A stretch of DNA of 64,000 bases from Gammaproteobacteria bacterium (GTDB lineage: Bacteria > Pseudomonadota > Gammaproteobacteria > Ga0077536), in contig CAXXLL010000003.1 in NCBI GenBank assembly GCA_963662545.2, positions 192,001 through 256,000 on the forward strand. Reading direction: 5' to 3'. The notes below the pieces were generated by a model, which saw only the letters and a list, made by a program, of their open reading frames with translations, searched no databases and had not been told where the DNA came from. Positions 58,861-64,000 of the stretch are shown here, in pieces. The stretch's first letter is position 1. Each line of letters starts with the position of its first letter. The translations under genes were made by a program, and so were the position numbers.

Positions 58861-60233
58861 AACTGGAAGTAAATGAACTCGAGTCCGCGTCCCTGACCGA
58901 CGCGCATGATGGTCGCGATCATCAGCAGAGCGAGCGGTACGGCAACGAGACGGCGGGCGATCCACCTCATGCGAGACAGGTCGAAATTGGTCGGCCCTAG
59001 CAGCGCGAACCCGAGGCCGATTAAAACCAAGCGCCAAGCTTCGGTGTCCGTCTCGCCATCCCCGCCGAAGCCGAGCATGGCCGCGACGAGGTTCATCGCC
59101 ACGCCGAAATCCGCGGCCCGGAACAAGACCCATCCAATCACGACGAAGAACATGGTAATGGCCCAGCCCGCAAACGCCGGCATGCGCCACGGCGTCGCCA
59201 TCCACAGCCGATTGCAGCAAACCGCGAGGCCGTGCAATCCGCCCCAAGCGATGAAGGTCCAGCCGGCGCCGTGCCACAAGCCGCACAACAGCATCGTGAA
59301 CACCGCGACGGCGACCATGCGCGCGGCGCCCTGGCGACTGCCGCCCAGCGGGATGTAGACGTAGTCCCGCAGAAACCGCGACAAGCTCATGTGCCAACGG
59401 CGCCAGAATTCGCGAATGCTCTTTGCGCGATAGGGATTGTCGAAATTAAGCGGCAGGTCGAATGCGAAGATCGCGGCGAGGCCGAGCGCCATGTCGGAAT
59501 AGCTGGAAAAGTCGAAATAGAGTTGCAGCGAATATGCCAGGGCTGCCTGCCATGCGCCGTCAAAGCCGAGCGCGGTGCCGGCCGCCACCATGGAAAAGCC
59601 TGCATCGGCGATCGGCGCGAGTTCGTCGGCGAAAAACACCTTCTTGACCAGGCCCAGGATGAAGAGCACGAGGCCGCGCGCGATGCGTTCGACCCCGCCG
59701 TCACCCAGCGGGCGGGCGTCGAACTGTGGGATCAATTCGTTGTGGCGCACGATGGGTCCGGCTATCAGCTGTGGGAAAAAGCTCACGAAACAGGCGTACT
59801 CCAGCAGGCCGTAGACCGGTGCCTCACCCCGCTTGAGATCTATGAGGTAGGAGATCTGCTGGAAGGTAAAAAAACTGATCCCCAGTGGAAGAATGATGTT
59901 GAACGCCTGGAATTCGATGCCCGCGAAGCTCAGTACGGATTCAGCAAAGAAATTCGTGTACTTGAAGAAACCGAGCAGTGCGAGATTGAAGGCAATGCCG
60001 CCGATCACGATGGCGCCGCGTTCGAACCGCGCGAACGCGCGCGCGACCAGCCAGTTCACGAGGATGGTCGCGACGAGCAAAGGCAGAAAGCGCACGTCCC
60101 ACCAGGCATAGAAAACCAGGGAGCCGGCCAGCAGCACGGCCAGCCGTAGCGATCGACGGCCGGCCACGGCGTAGTAGGCCGTCACCACCAAGGGCAAGAA
60201 TAGGAGAATGAAGAACTGCGATGAAAACAGCAT
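58857..60233 (-). CDS. algI: MBOAT O-acyltransferase (AlgI/PatA family)
   Basis: MLFSS.FILLFLP, FFKYTNF, LPLGISFFTFQQISY, FFPQLIAGPI, EFWRRWHMSLS, GLWHGA, C-terminal EFIYFQF. Confidence 0.92.
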   Translation of the reverse strand: MLFSSQFFILLFLPLVVTAYYAVAGRRSLRLAVLLAGSLVFYAWWDVRFLPLLVATILVNWLVARAFARFERGAIVIGGIAFNLALLGFFKYTNFFAESVLSFAGIEFQAFNIILPLGISFFTFQQISYLIDLKRGEAPVYGLLEYACFVSFFPQLIAGPIVRHNELIPQFDARPLGDGGVERIARGLVLFILGLVKKVFFADELAPIADAGFSMVAAGTALGFDGAWQAALAYSLQLYFDFSSYSDMALGLAAIFAFDLPLNFDNPYRAKSIREFWRRWHMSLSRFLRDYVYIPLGGSRQGAARMVAVAVFTMLLCGLWHGAGWTFIAWGGLHGLAVCCNRLWMATPWRMPAFAGWAITMFFVVIGWVLFRAADFGVAMNLVAAMLGFGGDGETDTEAWRLVLIGLGFALLGPTNFDLSRMRWIARRLVAVPLALLMIATIMRVGQGRGLEFIYFQF

Positions 60234-60284
60234 GTCAGCGACGATGCAAACCCACGGGCGAAATGCCTAGGCGTCGCACGCCGC

Positions 60285-60872
60285 TCATACCGCGTTTATT
60301 GCAGCCAGGCTCGCTTCGTTAATTTCGTCTTGCTGCACGGCCTCGAGTATCTCACGCAGTGTCGCTGTACGATACACGCCGAAAGTCAGCGCCTGGTAGT
60401 TGCGGAACTGATCGCGCAGGCGCACCAGCGCATCGCCATCGTCGTTGCTCGGCGAGAAATACTCGATGAACGGGATGTCCATCGCATCCCGCGCGTCCTG
60501 TAAAAACATGAAGCAATAGCCGTGCGCGCAGTGATGGTCCGGCGACCTTTCCAGCATCCGCACCGCCCGACTGATGCGGTCGATAAAGATCAGGTCGTCG
60601 TCCGCGCGGAGCTGGCAATATGCCGTGCCGACGTGCCCCACGCCGTCCAGAAACTTGTCGAATAGATGCGTGTCCTCGGCGTACTCGCGGTATCCGACGT
60701 TGAGCCCCTCCCTGTCGCTTGCGCGGCGGTTGAGGTCGCGATTCCCGGGCTGGCTCGAATCGAGCACGTGGATTGGGAAGCCGGCACCCTTGCGTTCAAG
60801 GTAAGCGAGCAGCGACGCGAGTTGCCCCGGACGGTTGTAGGTCGGTATAAGCAGCGTGTATTCCGGCGGCAT
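60285..60872 (-). pseudogene. Probably truncated GT2 (TIGR00180-like) glycosyltransferase
   Basis: TLLIPTYNRP, VLDSS, ADDD; stops at 195 aa soon after the FGVYRT motif with a non-homologous-looking tail. Confidence 0.5.
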
Positions 60873-60887
60873 CGCCGTGTTTCGGGA

Positions 60888-61655
60888 TTATCCGACGCGC
60901 TTTAACCATGCGCTGGGCCAACCGGTAATGACCTTGTCGAGTTGGCTTTCGTTGAACGACCAAGACGGGTACTCGAGCACGAACTCCGGATGTAGAGCGG
61001 CAAATTCCCGGGCGGCGGCCGCCGGATTGTCATCCTTCCAGCCGGGCTCCCCGCGCGGCACGTCGTGCAGGACCTCCATGATGCCGTCGGTCGCGACGAT
61101 GTAGGAGCCGGACGTCACGAAGCCATGGTAGGCCTCTAGCTCCCTTGCAACGTGCGCCTTGCTGTGATCGGAATCGAGCACGATCAGCACGATGTCGCTG
61201 GGCTTGATACCCGCGGTCGCCTGCGCGACGACCTCGGGCGCGGTCGAATCGCCTTCCACCAGCGAGATCATCGGCCACAGTTCGTGCGCTTCGATGGCTG
61301 CGCGATTGCGTGGGCGGATCTCGATGTCGACCCCGACGACGCGTCCGACTCCGATCGATTTCATCAGTGAGGCGATGAACACGAGCGATCCGCCGTGCGC
61401 AACCCCCGTCTCGATGACCACGTCCGGCTTCAGCTTATAAACCACCTCCTGCAGCCTGACGAGATCTTCCGGATGCTGAATGATCGGACGGCCCAGCCAC
61501 GTGAACGTGTAGGGATACTTCTGGTTCCAGCTCATCTTGAGCCAGATGTCGGAGATCAGCTCGAACGCCTCCTTGCCGAAAAGGTCCATACTGCGCTCAG
61601 TGCTACCGTCCTTCACGCGCAGGGTTTTAACTTCTGTATCAATGTCTATTTGCAT
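60888..61655 (-). CDS. CmcI-family (sugar O-)methyltransferase
   Basis: YTFTWLGRPIIQHPED, KPDVVIETGVAHGGSL, VGVDIEIR, VLDSDHSKAHV.RELEAY. Confidence 0.9.
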   Translation of the reverse strand: MQIDIDTEVKTLRVKDGSTERSMDLFGKEAFELISDIWLKMSWNQKYPYTFTWLGRPIIQHPEDLVRLQEVVYKLKPDVVIETGVAHGGSLVFIASLMKSIGVGRVVGVDIEIRPRNRAAIEAHELWPMISLVEGDSTAPEVVAQATAGIKPSDIVLIVLDSDHSKAHVARELEAYHGFVTSGSYIVATDGIMEVLHDVPRGEPGWKDDNPAAAAREFAALHPEFVLEYPSWSFNESQLDKVITGWPSAWLKRVG

Positions 61656-62584
61656 GGCTTTCCGTCACGACCTGGGAATCCCCGGTTCCTGATTGCATCG
61701 ATCTCGCGCCGTAGACCCTCCCTGAGCGTGTGCCGGGGATGCCATGACAGCGCCACCGTAAGCTTCGAAATATCGGCGACGATGCAGGGCGGCTCCTGAG
61801 TCGGCGCCTTGCGCGCGCCAAACCTGACCAGCCCGTCACCGCGGCCCGTCAACGCGCCGATTTCTTCGATCACATGCCGCACCGCAACGCCCTCGCCCGA
61901 TCCGATGTTGAACGCGCCTTCGCTCGTGACATCCAGCAGTCCCACAAGCGCACGCGCGACGTCTTCGACGTAGATGAAATCGCGCACCTGCAGCCCGTCG
62001 CTGGTCTCGACCTCCTCGCCCGTGAGCAGAGCGCCGGCCACTGCGGGTACCAGCTTTTCGTGTGGCTCGCCCGGGCCATAGATGAAGAATACCCGTCCCC
62101 ATGCCCAGCCCATACCGTATTCCCGTGCGAGCTTCTCCAGCGACCGGCACGCTTCCAGCTTGCAGCGGCCGTACAGCGTCGCGGGTTCCAGCGGCGTTTC
62201 CTCCTCCCGGCAGACGCCGTCCGTCCAGTCGTATTCCGCGCAGGATCCCACGCCGACGATACGTTCTCCGCCCGCCGCTCCGAAGTGTTCGAACAAACAC
62301 CGGCTGGCGCCCATCCATCGATCGTTATCTGCGCTCGTCCAGAATTCATCGGGCGTCGTGTTCCAGGCGGTATGCAGCAGGTAGCTCGCATTCAGTGTTT
62401 CGAACAGCGCCGATGTGCTCCGCGAGTCGAGCAAATCGACTGCGTGCCACTTGACGTCCGTGTTCGAGGTATCGGGTCGGCGGCACAGTGCGTGCACTTC
62501 GAAATCGTGTCTCAGCAGCTCCCACAGACAGTAGCGTCCGATGAAGCCCGTCGCACCGGTCAGGACTACCCGGCGATTGCGCAT
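61646..62584 (-). CDS. NAD-dependent epimerase/NDP-sugar 4-ketoreductase
   Basis: GATGFIG, GSCAEY, YGRCK, GRVFFIYGPGE, RDFIYVEDVA. Confidence 0.88.
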   Translation of the reverse strand: MRNRRVVLTGATGFIGRYCLWELLRHDFEVHALCRRPDTSNTDVKWHAVDLLDSRSTSALFETLNASYLLHTAWNTTPDEFWTSADNDRWMGASRCLFEHFGAAGGERIVGVGSCAEYDWTDGVCREEETPLEPATLYGRCKLEACRSLEKLAREYGMGWAWGRVFFIYGPGEPHEKLVPAVAGALLTGEEVETSDGLQVRDFIYVEDVARALVGLLDVTSEGAFNIGSGEGVAVRHVIEEIGALTGRGDGLVRFGARKAPTQEPPCIVADISKLTVALSWHPRHTLREGLRREIDAIRNRGFPGRDGKPCK

Positions 62585-62594
62585 CCGGCCGCCT

Positions 62595-63821
62595 TCAGAC
62601 CACCCGCACTTCAGGCACGGGCACGATGAAGCGCCCGCCCGAGTCGCGATAGGCGGACTGCTGCTCGAGGATCTCCTCGGCGAAGTTCCAAGTCAGGAGC
62701 AGCACGTAATCGGGTCGCTTATCGAGCAGCGCCTCCGGCGCCAGGATCGGTATATGCGTACCGGGCGTGAAACAACCCTGCTTGACCGTACTGCGGTCGA
62801 CTACGAATTCGATCTCGTCGCCGCCGATCTCGAAGGCATTCATCAGCGTGCTGCCCTTGGCCGAGGCGCCATAGGCCGCGACGCGCTTTTGCTGGGCACC
62901 GAGTTCAGCCAGCAGGGACTTGAGATCGTGCTTGAGTCGCCACACGCGATCGGCAAATTTTTGGTAATAAGGTAAATTGCAGACGCCGGCCTCGCGCTCT
63001 TCACACAACATGGCATCGACGCGCCGGCCGACCTCCATGCCTTCGTGGCCGACGAAATACCGCAGGGTACCGCCGTGGATGGGCACGCGTTCGACATCGA
63101 CGACCGCGAGGCCGTGACGGGCGAACAGATCCGTAGCGGCATGCAGCGAAAAGTAGCTGTAGTGTTCGTGATAGATCGTGTCGAATTCGAGTTGATCGAT
63201 GAAGTCGCGGACGTACGGCGCCTCGATAAGCCCGATGCCGTCGCCTTTGAGCAGCTTTTTCAATCCCGCCGCGAAACGATTCGGATCCGGCACGTGCGCG
63301 AAGACGTTGTGGGCATGAACCAGGTCCGCAGCACGGCCCTCTTTCCGCAGCCGTGCGGCAAGATCATCGTCGAAGAACTTGGACAGCGTCGGCACATGGT
63401 GATCGCGAATCGCCTTCTCCGCCACATTCGCGGCCGGTTCGATGCCGAGCACGGGTATGCCGCGCTGCACGTAATTCTTCAGCAGGTAGCCATCGTTGCT
63501 GGCGATCTCCACCACCAGCGAGTTGCCGTCCAGGCCACGTTCGCCCGTCAGGCGCGAGCAGAGCTCGCGTGCGTGCGTAAGCATCGTTTCGGAGAACGAT
63601 GAGAAATATACGTAGTCCTTGAACAGGATCTCCGGGTCGACGGACTCGGTGATCTGTACGAGGGTACATCCCGGACAGAACACGAGATCGAGCGGATATC
63701 GGTTCTCCTCCGTCGCCAGATCTTGGGTCCTGAGAAGTGCATTGGCCAGCGGCACCTTCCCGAGCGAGAGGATATCGAGCAAGCCGTCGCCACCGCAGGA
63801 CCGGCAGATCGCTGCCTTCAT
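62595..63821 (-). CDS. NDP-hexose C-methyltransferase (TylC3/EryBIII/NovU-like)
   Basis: Zn sites CRSC and [43 protein letters not shown]. Confidence 0.9.
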   Translation of the reverse strand: MKAAICRSCGGDGLLDILSLGKVPLANALLRTQDLATEENRYPLDLVFCPGCTLVQITESVDPEILFKDYVYFSSFSETMLTHARELCSRLTGERGLDGNSLVVEIASNDGYLLKNYVQRGIPVLGIEPAANVAEKAIRDHHVPTLSKFFDDDLAARLRKEGRAADLVHAHNVFAHVPDPNRFAAGLKKLLKGDGIGLIEAPYVRDFIDQLEFDTIYHEHYSYFSLHAATDLFARHGLAVVDVERVPIHGGTLRYFVGHEGMEVGRRVDAMLCEEREAGVCNLPYYQKFADRVWRLKHDLKSLLAELGAQQKRVAAYGASAKGSTLMNAFEIGGDEIEFVVDRSTVKQGCFTPGTHIPILAPEALLDKRPDYVLLLTWNFAEEILEQQSAYRDSGGRFIVPVPEVRVV

Positions 63822-64000
63822 GCGGAGGCCCTGAAGAATTCACGGTACCAGGCAATCGTCTCTTCGAGTCCTTCGCGCATCGTGTACAAGGGTTTCCAGC
63901 CGAGCATTTCGCGCGCTTTTTTCGCGCTCAGGTACTGTTTTTGGATCTCGTTACTGACCTCGTTGAGAATTTTCGGGGCTTGGCTACCCTCCATGGCCTC
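63818..64000 (-). CDS. C-terminus of NDP-sugar 4,6-dehydratase (RfbG/Gmd-like), 5' partial
   Basis: Reads [20 protein letters not shown]...[14 protein letters not shown]; ATGA overlap with next gene. Confidence 0.75.
   Translation of the reverse strand, partial: EAMEGSQAPKILNEVSNEIQKQYLSAKKAREMLGWKPLYTMREGLEETIAWYREFFRASA

Noticed and set aside
1688-63855. Many long antisense or alternate-frame ORFs (e.g. 1688..2446, 30652..31788, 59232..60149, 20604..21770)
   Set aside because: Shadow ORFs of well-supported genes, expected in high-GC DNA
1-64000. CRISPR arrays, tRNA/rRNA, transposases, integrases, prophage genes
   Set aside because: No regularly spaced direct repeats, RNA-gene signatures or recombinase motifs recognised by eye

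Overview
GC-rich bacterial chromosome segment; gene content (ppnN, rfaH/ops, GTAG-type REPs, wbpM/wbpL-like genes) points to a Gammaproteobacterium. 1-17.6 kb is housekeeping and nutrient scavenging: tyrosine phosphatase, CnoX/YbbN, acyl-CoA ligase, queuosine-precursor transporter, GT2 plus flippase-like pair, AmtB, an AttEFGH-like ABC plus lipocalin-fold unit, PpnN and PhoX. From 17.9 kb to the window end is a >46 kb surface-polysaccharide locus. It has Wzm/Wzt export, initiation genes, an L-6-deoxy-HexNAc pathway, many glycosyltransferases, an amidotransferase, two sulfotransferases, at least six methyltransferases, a C-methyl branched-sugar pathway, a locus-encoded RfaH and a perfect ops element. 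The most notable item is a divergent operon (44.5-51.1 kb) that looks like a complete Dlt-type acyl-transfer system in a Gram-negative. It comprises a tandem Fe-S flavoprotein, a ~35 aa DltX-like membrane peptide ending FRYAGF, a DltD/SGNH-like protein, a DltC-like carrier, an MBOAT lacking the C-terminal Tyr motif, an exported protein, and an adenylation enzyme that probably does not activate D-Ala. A second MBOAT with the motif fused (FIYFQF) is in the same locus. All calls come from motif recognition by eye; no database searches were run.
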